From positions 35,154,001 through 35,218,000 of the forward strand of contig NW_027266267.1 in assembly GCF_022045235.1 (NCBI RefSeq): DNA of 64,000 nucleotides, given 5' to 3'. The notes beneath the pieces are model-generated. The model was not told the origin of the DNA, did no database searches, and saw only the letters and a program-made list of their open reading frames with translations. This DNA is from Haliotis cracherodii (lineage: Eukaryota). The translations under genes were made by a program, and so were the position numbers. Within the stretch, counting starts at the first letter, position 1, and every line of letters starts with the position of its first letter. Shown piece after piece: positions 51,601-64,000 of this stretch.

Positions 51601-54576
51601 AGAATCTGATATCAAATAGTTCAAATTTGTTCTGACCGTCATCAAAGAGGTGTAGTTTACCTTGCGTGACGTTTCCCTTTCTTCTCGTCCTTACAACACA
51701 TACACAGATAACGATTATAATGAGGATGAAGATTCCTCCTCCTGTACCAGCAGCGATGTACATGGTGTCATCTGGAAGTGAAAACAAATACTGGGCTAGT
51801 AAGTATAGTGTCCTTGTTCTTGGCACATGGATAAGTCTATATAAGTCAATCTATGAGTTCGTATATATAAGCAATGAGTATAAGTACTGAATAATCTAAG
51901 ACAACATATCTTTTACATGAAGAGAGTCCATGCTGTATACACGCAGATAGAGATGGTGACGTCCGTCTATGAGAAGCAATGATACGAAGTTACTAGTATT
52001 TACTTGATAGTGTTTCACCATATAATTTATTTTGATTGGGAAGCATAGTAAAGATCTAGCTCCCAGGGGGGCGGTCGGGTAGCCTAGTGGTTAAAGTGTT
52101 CGCTCGTCACGCCGAAGACCCAGGTTCCATTCCCGACATGGGTACAATTTGTAAGCCCATTTCTGGTGTCCCCCGACGTAGTATTGCTGGAATATTGCTA
52201 AAAGTGTCGTAAAACCAAATTCACTCACTCACTCCAGCTCTCAGGCACACTATAGTAAAATTGGAAAAAGTGGAGTAAGATTAAACACAGTTGTAATTGG
52301 CTAGCGCTTTCAGCTCCTGCAAAGTATGAGTCTCATGAGGCCATAACTGAATAACGAACATGAAGTTGTGTAACGCGTAACCCGATAGATACTAGTAACA
52401 TTTTATGCAGAACTATACAAAACTAGGTTTTAGGCATTCTAAGCAGAGATGGAGATTATATATGAGTACTACATTCTTAAGTTTCTGAATATCAGTAACC
52501 TTAAATTGCCATCATGGCCAAAAAACATTAGAATTCAGCTGATCCAACTCTACTTCGGTTACTCGATGACGTTAATAAGCATGTCGTTAGTAATGGGTGT
52601 GTGGTCCATGTTTTTTTCCGTGCCACTTATCGTGGCGTGACGACAATATTGCTTACTCTGTTATTTATAATAGTTCATTCGTTTACAATGACAAAGCTAA
52701 GTCAATCTAAGAAGTTTAATAAAATGCCGCACCGAAATAATGGGGTTGATCTATCACAATATCATGTGAAAACCGCAATGTCTAGAGAGCTATCACAGTA
52801 CTGTCTGTTTTAAATGTACATTCAGTGCACATTGTTGCTATGTCTTGCTATGTCCAGGGTCAGTATATGGTTTTGTTACATATTCAGGGCAGTCGGGTAG
52901 CCTAGTGGTTAAAGCGTTCGCTCGTCACGCCGAAGACCCGGGTTCGATTCCCGACATGGGTATATTGTGTGAAGCCCATTTCTTGTGTCCCCCGCCGTAG
53001 TATTGCTGGAATATTGCTAAAAGCGGCGTAAAACCATACTCACTCACTGTTATATATTCATGAATGTTTCTAAATATCATATATATCGTACCCAAAGGTT
53101 AGTATGACGACTAGTACACAACTACCTTGATTATCGTTGCTCGGGGCAGAAGTTATCTTGACAGTTGTAAGATTTGCCAACGTTGTCAGCTGTGAACTTC
53201 TCTTATAAGTAGTCCCGTGAAAGCCAGATGACATAAATAATATATGCAGATAATTATGAAGTTTGCTCGCTCACCACAGAGAACATAAAATAACACACTT
53301 CTATAGTTTGAATAATCCGATAGACGAGCCACATCATGTTCAATTGATGTTTAGTGTGTTTAGGAACGCACGTTCGAACATTTTACATACAAAGTTACGA
53401 AATGTGTGGATAGCTGATACATATATTAGGTCAATAACATGCATAGAATCATTAAAACAGATAAAATGGCTGTCGCCGGCATTAGTGTGAATGACATATC
53501 TGGTATCAATACAACGTTTCTCTAAATATATAATACATCGTTAGTTTAACTGATACAAATCTACCATGAGTATCGCTGTCTGTGGTGATCGTTGTTGCTG
53601 AATCTGTCAGTGGTGTAGTTGACTTATCAGCTGTCCCAGGAATGACTGTATACATAAATAATAAACATTATTTGTGACATTTACTAGCTTAATATCGATA
53701 CACATGAACAAGCGATTTAAATTGACCGCCTCCATGGTCAACCGGTTAGAGCGTTTGTCCTGAGAGGGGAAGACACCAGGCCAGGTCAAACGACAAGGCA
53801 TAGTATTTTCCTTGGGGAAAAACACGGTTTTGTCTGTTCAGAGTTAGTCTACTGTTTCTGAATGGGGAATGCATTTAAACTGCGCCACGCTATCTGAGGT
53901 ATCACTATGAAATACAAGCAATACAAGCAGCAACACACACGCGCGCGCATGACAAAAAGATCATACCTAGCGTAAGGTTGTTACTGACTCTCAGGCGTTG
54001 ATCCTCACACCGCCACACAGTGCCAGCTTGGGTGTATTGAGTTGTAGTTAGTGTCATGTTGTGCTGGTGGTCACCACAACTTACACTGCCATCATTTGAT
54101 GTGAATAGGTCGTAACGATATGCTGTATCATTGGCTGTGTTATTGGGTGCGTTTCTGTTACAACCATGACCTCCAAACACTGACGTGAGAACTCGCACCT
54201 CATTCATATACCAATTTGTGAAAGACGTGTTGAGAGTGGTGTTGATGGGACTGCAGACTAAGGTGACATTATCGCCTGACTGGAACTGATTGAGCTGTAG
54301 AAGAAGACCACCTGTAACATTCCAAGATACAACCAGCATGAGAAGCAATCACAACACAAACATGCAGTGGCATTCTTCGTCGTTCTTCATGTACTTACAA
54401 TACCCAAATAACTGTATGAAAAAGATAGGATATAAAGTCCTACAATCACTATTAAAATACACCTATGACATCCAAATGGTTCTATCCTTCACGATTAGAA
54501 ATTTAAACCTACTGTTATTTGTGTACGCAATCCTTCCTATACACAGTAGTGGAATCAGGTGAATCCTGGAGTCCAT
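48661..54576 (-). CDS. Ig-like receptor copy G (tail type II; stalk2 acceptor mutated)
   Basis: Leader 54576-54513, Ig 54311-53967, stalk1 53645-53565, stalk2 53224-53126 (acceptor TG), TM 51771-51661, NPLY exon 51350-51296, 41-nt exon 49707-49667. Candidate YAVP exon 49481-49243 and terminal segment 48704-48661; distal splicing is uncertain. Confidence 0.72.
50660..51105 (-). mobile_element. Penelope-like RT C-terminal fragment
   Basis: Paralog of 1-405 (MSSSIPVGTAIAVYISQLLKNIRAC). Confidence 0.6.
52066..52234 (+). mobile_element. SINE family 1
   Basis: A and B boxes, (CACT)n tail. Confidence 0.85.
52887..53047 (+). mobile_element. SINE family 1, specific to copy G
   Basis: TSD TGTTA(C/T)ATATTCA; empty in the paralogous introns. 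Confidence 0.88.
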
Positions 54577-54959
54577 GTTTATCCTAAATCAAACATGCTC
54601 TCGTCAACATTGATTAAGGTTTGGTTGAAATAACCCGGCGGAAGTTACTACACATGACATACACACAGAGCAACATGCAGCATTCTCCGCGATCTAACAA
54701 GAGAGCTCCACCAAATATGAAATACATCCTTATAAAGGAGGAACTATTCCTACAATCAGCATTCAGCTGTTTTTTCCTGGTTTAGGTATTCACGAATACA
54801 TACCTGTTATATCGGTAACAAGGACAAATTCACCATGTACGTTCTGAAGGGTTGGTGTTCGAAGTGGGATTGTACTATTTTTTCCTGACTAGTACAAACA
54901 GCCACACACAACAACTAACACTGTGATATAATCTTGAACGCAATGTTAAACTCCTTTTC

Positions 54960-55834
54960 ATCATACACTGACATCCGTTGAAGTGAAAAGGTCGTAACTA
55001 TTTGCATAACTATTGCCTGTGTTGTTGGGTGTGTTTTTTGCACAGACATTCCCTGCAAACACTAACTTGAGAACTCGTACGTCATCCACATACCTTTGTG
55101 TAAACTCCATGTAGATAGTGGTGTCAGTAGTGCTGCAGACAAATGTGACATCATCGACTGACTGGAAATGAGTGAGTTCTAGAGGGAGACCGCCTGCAAT
55201 ATTCCAGGTACAACCAGCACATACATGAAGGTACTAAGTATTGAGTTGTAGTCAGTGTCATGTTGTGCTGTCATCCTTTGATGTGTACAGGTCGTCGCAT
55301 TATCAGCTGTAATGTTGGGTGAGTGTTTGGTACAGACATTACCTGCTCCCACTGACGTGATAACTAGCTCCTCATCTTTATCAATGTGTAAATTACATGT
55401 CGATAGTTTTATTGGTCGTGATTTTCACTCTTCAATACCTGTCATGTTGGAATTCCCACGACGTGCACAAACAAAAGTGGTAAGGGAGTACTTTTCAATG
55501 CTTCGATCGCGATACAATTACACGACATACACCATATCTATACGTATATAATAGATAATTCAATACTTTGTATAATGTTGGTTGGTTGGTTGGTTTGTTG
55601 TTTAACACCGCACTCAGCAATATTCCAGCTATATGTAAATAATCGAGTCTGGACCAGACAACCCAGTGATTAATATCATGAACATCGATCCACGCAATTG
55701 GGATCGATGACATGCATCAACCAAGTCAGCGAGCTTGACCACCGGATCCTGTTAGTCTTGACACAGGGTAACCTACGTGTGTCCGTTATCTGTCCTATCA
55801 ACAACAGAGTAGTCAGGTATACGAAACAGCCCAT
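54960..55834 (-). pseudogene. E-type Ig paralog 3 (leader plus truncated Ig)
   Basis: Leader 55834-55777; Ig from 55193 (GLPLELTHFQSVDDVTFVC..) ends at SV* like paralog 2. Confidence 0.7.
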
Positions 55835-56789
55835 GCTGCCAACACATCGAATACACTCTCGTGAATGTCCCTTGAAGGTTGCTAAAATACTGTAAAACCA
55901 GTCACTACACACCCTGTCCTACACTGAGCCGCATACGGTGTGACTGTGCAGTCACCAACCACTTTCAGGGAACTGTTATTTCTTTGTTTAGATAGAGTCG
56001 GAATCAAGATTTGTTTATGAATATGAAAGTGTTTTCGCTGCTTTTACTTAGATAATGATGGATACCTACCCGTGAGTGTGGATAAAACGGAACGGGTCGC
56101 TTTTGAATTCAACTGACCTGTGACTGTACATTTGCTGTTTAAAATACATTTGGTTTGCCAAGAAATAAAAACTTGAAATATGCTTTTGCAGAAAAACTAT
56201 GTTCAGATAGTCGCGCATTGAGTCTTTCGATAGTATTGATATCGGAACGTGACACAGTGGCAGTGCTCTCCAAGCAACCTCGGGTAACCTGCCATTGTAT
56301 GCTGTGTGTGCGAGGCAGGCTACAATAGGTTCGTTATCACAACCTATTAAAACTGCCCTAGCCAAATATAACTTTGCACATTGGCTTTTCGATTCATACC
56401 TCAATGAACTGAAAAAATACACAGTCAATGCTTGTAATTCAATGACAAAAACGTGTTTCATCTACAATAGTTTAACCAAAAACAGTTGTATATATGAAAG
56501 CGGTAAAAAATGATGAGATTGATAAACATTCCGGGTGTAGGAATACATACAAGAATCTGGTGACTGTTTAATTACGCACATAGTTTGACACACCTACAAA
56601 TTCAGTAGCTAATCAACTGAGAGTATGATAAAAACAAAGTTCCTAGGACATGTCAATCAAGGCAAGAGGCGAGAAGAACTGCAACAGTCAGACTGTAACG
56701 AACTGGAACAAATATGTTCGAGAGAAGGCGGTTGTTTCAAATGACATGGTCAGTTACCGCCAGATTCAAACATTATTTCCCTCAGAAGA

Positions 56790-56958
56790 GAGTGAGTGAG
56801 TGAATACGGTTTAACGCCGCTTTTAGCAATATTCCAGCAATATCATGGCGGGGGACACCAGAAATCGGCTTCACACATTATACCCATGTTGGGAATCGAA
56901 CCCGGGTCTTCGGCGTGACGAGCGAACGCTTTAACCATTAGGCTACCCGACCGCCCCT
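56790..56958 (-). mobile_element. SINE family 1
   Basis: Same insertion site as 40624-40790. Confidence 0.85.
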
Positions 56959-57161
56959 CCCTCAGAAGGGAAGACACATTTGGAAAAAATACTGATTAGA
57001 AATGAACCCAGAAGACATGAGTGGGAGAAAACAGTCGAGCGAGCCTGTACGTTTGTACGTTTCATTCCCTCTCGGCCTTCGGTCCCAAAGAGATGTTTGG
57101 ACAATGAATATGCAAGCATTTCGCTTAATGTCCTGTGCATGCCAATTCACGGGAGCAGAGA

Positions 57162-57195
57162 GGAAATTCCCCCGATTGTAATATTGGGATTCCCC
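57162..57195. promoter_or_regulatory. Paired NF-kB/Rel consensus sites
   Basis: GGAAATTCCC and GGGATTCCCC, same 24-bp offset. Confidence 0.5.
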
Positions 57196-59799
57196 GACAT
57201 TCCCTAGTAATAAAAGTAGTCCGCCTCGGTGGGCGTGGCTTAAGTTTTTACATTCACTGGGAAATGAATGCAATAACACGTGACCTATTCAGCTAATCTG
57301 AATGCAGGAATTTCAATCAACACAACGACAATTTAATTCAGTAATATCACAAGAATTTATTAATGTCAAGAACATGTAAACCTGAATGAATATAATAGGA
57401 TAGATGATCTTTTAATTGAAGTTCGACTTGATAATCCATATGATTACAGAACTAGTGTAAGACAACTAAATATACACACACGCAAGCGTTGACATTGATG
57501 GTTTTGCACAAATCTAAGTACAATGTTAGAAACAGCTGGGTACACTTCCTGTGTTCTCAATAACACATGCAGCAAAATATCTGTCCTATTTTGTCTATCT
57601 TAGTTGTCATACCAGTGCGATCTCTCCGGTTGGATATATAAACGCATATAATGTATCCCTACTGAAACCAAAGATACTTATATTAAACAGAATAGTAATA
57701 GCATCTTCACCGTATCGAACAGCAATAACATAGTTATCTTAGCAAAGAAAATTTTATCAAAACCAGTATTCCTCTCGGATACCTCCAAACTAGTCTATTG
57801 ACTATATTTCATATAAAGCAACAGTGTCCTGTTTAGATACAAAAGAAACAAAGCCAATATCGGACTGTTTGTAGGTTAAACCTTCTATATTCCAAGTAAT
57901 GTAAAATATGCATTTGACTGTTGACTCACAGTAACAGCCCTGGCCATCCCGTTATTTCCCTGAGGCTGTCTTAAGTTTGACCTTGACCGCAGCACTCGCT
58001 CCTGATCCGCAGCTGACGATGTTCCTCTTGATTTGCAATCTGCGACTGGGGCCGACAACTGATGATCATACCTTCCCGAGAAGTAGCTGGCATGTCCTCA
58101 ATAAGGAGCCTGCCATTCTTATAATAGCAGATCTGAACAAAATCAGTTTCTCACGCTGTCGCTATTTACGAATAATTACAACAAACCAAAAATAATGTGT
58201 GAAAAAAGCAAAAAGTACACTATATTTCCAATCAATATTTTACAATAAGGTACGATATGAATGATATTATTATTTTTACGTTAAGGATTGCAGGTTGTTA
58301 CTCTTAATGTTGTTGTTTTTGACATTAAGAGTTAACACATACCCTTAATGTAATATGTTTTACATTAAGAGTATTATTTACATTAAGGGTTGCGGGTTGT
58401 TACTCTTATTGTTTTATTTTTACATTAAGAGTTAACACATACCCTCATTGTTAAATGTTTTACATTTAGAGTACAATTTTACATTAAGGGTCGTAACACT
58501 GCTATAGAAAGTCCGAACTTCTTTAACACATTCAGGCGACAATGGCCCATTGGTTTCCTGAAGAAAAGATGGTAAGGTTGCTGACGATGACGGACACCAG
58601 GGCACACATGCACACATGCAAGCAGATTTGATTTTCTTTCAGGTGAGCTCCAGATTAGTGTGTATGTGCGTGTGTGTTGGGGTGCATGGTTATGTGCATG
58701 TGCGTTCGGGAGTGCGTGTGCATATGCATGTGCTAGTCAGAACTTTTACATGTTTTAAGGTGCTGGCCTACTGTCATATCATGCATGAACCTGGGTCTTC
58801 GGCGTTACGACCACATGGCTACCCACCGCTCCGATTTAGAAAACAGATACTCTTGGACCCATAGTTCAAGAGCTTACATGATGGTAGTTTGCTCTTATAA
58901 ATTTGCACAGTTTATCTGAACATGAAAACATCTAATATAAGCATATAAACATTTAACATGTGTGTTTGTGAAAGACATGACAAGGGCGCAACAAAGCGAT
59001 ATGATACCACAACGGGCACAACAATATAGAATCAATGTGGAATCATTGTCGTTATACAACTTTGAAATGACATTGATATTTGGTGGGATTTGAAAGTTGA
59101 AATGAAGTCGAAATGTCGACATGGAATCAACTTCAGACATTAATGTTGAAACAATGTTTGTTATGGTATTGGTTGAATATTGGTTCCAATGATCCATAAT
59201 TATCTAAAGCACTATATTTACAGATCAAAGGAATTCCCAAATGCTTCTCCGTTGTAATGCTAACATTTAGGATGCTTTCAGTTCTTTGACTCTATACTTG
59301 CAGGATAAGCCTTTTTTTTATCTAACAACAGGTAGAATGAAAACGTTGTTTTTTTCTCAAAACACTTCCCCATGTATGCTGTCCTAGCTTTGGATCCTGG
59401 CAATCTATAGCACATTTTATCTTTTGTTGTTAAGTGATTATTTACTCTTTAAAATGATCCCAAATTGGTTTTTTTAATTAAATATATGATACAATAATAG
59501 CTAACGTGCTTTCTATCGCTATTAGGGTATAATATATATTTTAATGTGTAACATTTTTCTCGTCACAATATGGCTGAAATACTGCCGTTGTGACTATGAA
59601 GGTTAACTGACCTAATCACTCAAACACAACATGCCCACTCAACCAAACTCTCTCACTGCAGAGCAATGAAGGCATCCGGTCGAAAACGGAAAGCACATTC
59701 ATATGACACGAAGTCCGTGACATAACTTTTCTGATGTATATATAATTTTTTTTTATTGTATTGTAGAAGTTGTCATCCAAATAAAATCTTCTGCTTCTG

Positions 59800-60500
59800 A
59801 ATAATACTGAACAATGTTGATCAATAGTGGGTAACACTGAGTAATACTGAACAATACTGAGTTATACCGAACAATACGGAACGATGTTGATCAATAGTGT
59901 GTAACACTGACTAATACTGAACAATAATGAGTTATACCGAACATTACTGAACAATGTTGATCAATAGTGGGTAACACTTAGTAATACTGAACAATACTGA
60001 GTTATACCAAACAATACTGAACAATGTTGATCAATAGATCAACTGAGTAATACTGAACAATACTGAGTTATACCGAACAATACGGAACGATGTTGATCAA
60101 TAGTGTGTAACACTGACTAATACTGAACAATACTGAGTTATACCGAACATTACTGAACAATGTTGATCAATAGTGGGTAACATTAAGTAAAACTGAACAA
60201 TACTGAGTTATACCGAACATTACTGAACAATGTTGATCAATAGTAGGTAACACTGAGTAATACTGAACAATACTGAGTTATACCGAACAATACTGAACAA
60301 TGTTGATCAATAGTGGGTAACATTAAGTAATACTGAACAATACTGAGTTACACCGAACAATACTGAACGATGTTGATCAATAGTGGGTAACACTGACTAA
60401 TACTGAACAATACTGAGTTATACCGAACATTACTGAACAATGTTGATCAATAGTGGGTAACACTGAGTAATACTGAACAATACTGAGTTATACCGAACAA
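59800..60500. repeat. 70-bp minisatellite, ~10 copies
   Basis: Same unit as 28069-28638. Confidence 0.92.
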
Positions 60501-62379
60501 TCCGTCAATCACTGGATTGTCATGTCAAGACTCAATTATTTACAGACCGCCGTTATATAGCTGGAATATAGTGCGGCGTTAAACAACACACAAATACAAA
60601 CAAAACAAAACAAAACTAATTAAAAGGAGGTCGGATGGACCGTAACCTGGCTGGTTGTGTGTTGTTCCCGGTGACTTGGGACTTTGAGTATGGTATCAAC
60701 CACTGTTTCCTTTTCCTTTTCCCACCCTCTGACTGGTGTAATGCAAAAAACAAAATATTCAACGTTTTTACTGGCGGGTTGCTGCAGGCCGAGCGTACAG
60801 TCATATTTCCTCGAGCTAATGTTCTCATCGTACAGATGCGATCGTTTATTGATATATTCATAATGTGTAATTCGTTCGTGTTTAGACGGTTTGGCAAATC
60901 ATGGATGTTACATAGCTCTGATGATTAGCACTCTTAATAAAGTAAGATAAATATCACCAGGATCTGCTTTGCCTGCTTTTCGCTGATTAGGAACCTTGGG
61001 TTCCTACTTAGCACGGTTAACTTGTGTGGTGATTCAGTTTGTCAGTTCAACGTTGATGGCCATGGAGAGTCGGAAGTTACGCATGTGAAGTTTAAACTGT
61101 TCTTACAAGTATTGAATATTTGGTTTGAAAGAGAAAAGAACACAGTTATTCAGTTGAGGCATATTTATTTCATGCTGAAAGCAGTTAAGGAAGTAAAATC
61201 CACATGTCAAAACAAAACACTTACACTTGATCAACATGTAGGACTACATAAAACCGACTGTGCGGCTAACCTGTGAGTGGAAATGTAAATGATTGAACAA
61301 TAGGACAATGCATTGTGAAAATCAAATCTGTGTCATTTCTGCACACATAAATCATTGTAAACATGATACAGGGGACCATGCAGTAATAAAGTACATTTAT
61401 AACTTTGCATAAACATCATCAGCAAGAATCCTTATGTAAAAACGACAAAAAGAATTCCTGGTATGCTATGTTTTTTAACTAAGTACATGTATATACGAGA
61501 CTACAATCAGTTCGTTATAAACATGGTCCAATGGAGTTCAAATATATTTCATAATAACCGACATTTTGTTATATTCAACCCCGTTATGTCTGACATATAT
61601 TCTATTGGCATGATTTGAATGTTCCTGTAGCAGTGACAACCATGTTTTGCTGAGGTATTTTGTGCGACGAAACCTTAAATGCAAAATATATAACTTGCTG
61701 ATAAGCGATACAATGTTACACAATACACGAATAACATAATGTTGATTTGCGTTGCCCGAGATACGCGGTGGAGGAAAACCGGATTGAAACTCTATCACAT
61801 CCCTGTTGTAGTATTTCCCTGCCATACATGAATCACCTGCCCCATTGAAAATTGTTGAAATATTCTGTCACGACTTTCCTGGTATATTCATATTCGGTTT
61901 TCATACATATTTTAACTGATCGCTATTTTCCGCTAGTTAGACATTCGTGATACGACTGAAAACAACGACACATAATGTTGCCAAATATATACAATGGCGT
62001 TATTGAAACAGACCTATGCGATACGACCGGAGTGGGAACATCCAAAATATATATTTTTTGCACTGAAATAAGTAAAAAAGTCAAAAACATGACAACCAAC
62101 ACTAACAATAACATGAATATTAAAGTTTGGACAATGTGAAAAAAATAAAAACACACATATTCGTCAAATATGTTATATAAACTAGTGTCCAAAAGAAGGT
62201 ATAGAACATAAAAAGTTTTTCCCCATTATGGTAACTTGACAAAATCAATATAAATTAAGACTTGAATATGGCAGATGACAACTCAATGAATTCGGTGAGA
62301 AAAAGTGGAAAAAATGACATTATTTGTAAAAATCGTGTATTTTCCCGAAACGACTTTGGGCTATGAAGAGCGAAATGCA

Positions 62380-63565
62380 CGTGTACAAGAGCTGTATAAA
62401 ACTGAGGATACGGCATGCTATGACGACATCAACAAGCAGCACGTTTAACATCTATACAGAGGGAGAGAGCCGTTGGTGGGCGCAACATGGAGCCACCCAC
62501 GCCACCATTGCAAGAACGTTTCAGTGCATCCGTGCCACCTTTAACAGATTGATGCAACGCTTGCAACAGACAGGACAGACATCAGACAGTCTTAGAAGCG
62601 AGTGACCACGCCCAATTATCGGTCCAATCATCTCCGGAATCGCCTTATTACAGCGACGGTAACGGCAGCGACGGCACTGGGACACAGGGTGAGTCGACGA
62701 ATAGTGTGGAGATTAAGAGAACGTGGTATCAGTGCAGGTCGACCCTACTGCGGAGTGATATTAACACGTCAACATCGACGTAACAGATTGACATAGGTCA
62801 GATCAAGAGTCTTGGGACGCGTCATGTTCTCTGATGAGAATAGATATTCCTTGTACGTTTAGCGACAAATTGTGTTCCATGTAACGAACTTTTCAGCACT
62901 CAAGTACGTACGTGTCTGTGACATGGCTATAAACAACTACCGCTCGGTCAGATACAATAGAAAGGCAACTCGTTTCATAAAAAAATGTTATCTGACGAGA
63001 ATGAGTGCAGTATTCTTTATTGTCAACTTACATATGTCATGATATTAACTTTTACAGTGCATGAATTATTTGCTGTACCATGTATAAGCAATTGTTCACG
63101 AATTCGCATTGACAATCCTGAGCGTGTCGCATTCCCGTCTAAACGTTATGTAATTTCTGAAATGAAACACGTGTACAGGAATTCATTGTTCATAGCCCTT
63201 AGTTTCATGTTAGAGGGACGCGAACATGTTCAAAACTGTACCTACAACACTGAGTTAAACTCCTCGACTCCCTCTTGCTTAATGCTGAAGGCAGTTCAGC
63301 ACATGGAAATGGGAGAGTGAGCTCAAAAGAGAAGCGGTAGCATCACGGTCTGGGGAGGTGTCTGCGGTGATGTCCTTGTTCGTTATTATTCAGGGAAACC
63401 TGAATGCTTAGAGATACAGGGATGAAGTTTTGAGACCCGTTGGGGAATCATTCATTCAGCATCAGTAACGAGGCATTGTCTTCAGCAAGGCGAGACCGCA
63501 TACGACAAGGCTCACATAGAACTTTCTGAATAACGCGAACATTCACGTGTTAACCTGGTCGTTCA
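62380..63565 (+). mobile_element. Tc1/mariner-like transposase remnant
   Basis: HTH-like IARTF..RLQQTGQTSD, HLRNR..RLRERGISAGRPY..LTRQHRRNRL, VMFSDE, VWGG, GNLNA.RYRDEVLRP and ARPHT segments with stops and frameshifts. Shorter 5' pieces at ~31000-31180 and ~46600-46780. Confidence 0.75.
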
Positions 63566-64000
63566 TAGCAACCGATCATGTCATAATGGTCTGCACATAT
63601 TTTGAGGCAGGTTAATTGAAGTGATGTTAGTTTTAGATGACAATCCCGGCGTCACTGATGCATGTCAGCTGTGTTCAGTGGAAACAACGAAATGAATATT
63701 TGTTGCAATTGAAATATGTATAGATGCTAACAAAATAATACAATAATAAATGTGTCATACAAAAAGGTTATTAGATTAAATATATTATAATAAAGCTTGA
63801 ACAATTTAAAACAGCAAAAAGCCATAAAAATGTAAATTCAAAATGTCCTACTAAAGCAAAAAATATTCCGACACGGTTGTTAAAGGTGAATGTGTTACGT
63901 CAGTTCGTAATTTATAAGTGAGTTTGTTATAAAGGCAGTTTACTGTACATTCATATCAACCTAACAGTTACACTCTTTACGTCGAAATAATGTCTAAGTT

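Larger units (their letters stand above)
23800..64000. repeat. Tandem segmental duplications, ~15-16 kb units (third unit partial)
   Basis: MGCF leader at 24323, 39638 and 55834; kB pair at 25552, 40994 and 57162; minisatellite at 28069, 43681 and 59800. Confidence 0.92.

Overview
AT-rich, intron-containing animal genomic DNA with three N-gaps; the tRNA-derived SINEs with (CACT)n tails suggest a mollusc, possibly a gastropod (inference). The window is a minus-strand tandem cluster of type-I membrane receptor genes, rebuilt here exon by exon from GT/AG sites and reading phase: leader, one V-size Ig-like domain with 4 Cys, two Ser/Thr stalk exons, TM exon, then a Tyr-motif tail. There are six receptor copies, labelled A, B, C, D, F and G, plus three degenerate copies of a second subfamily (E-type). 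Copies B, C and D have a single-exon tail with an ITAM-like pair, an ITIM-consensus motif and YxN. Copies A, F and G have an unrelated multi-exon tail with NPxY and candidate YxxP repeats plus a terminal YSEI/V. Ig substitutions cluster in CDR-like loops, gene segments are mosaic between copies, and each ~15-16 kb repeat unit carries a conserved pair of NF-kB consensus sites. Together this looks like a fast-evolving invertebrate immune or allorecognition receptor locus (inference; novelty unchecked). The remainder is SINEs, Penelope-like RT fragments, a Tc1-like remnant and a 70-bp minisatellite.
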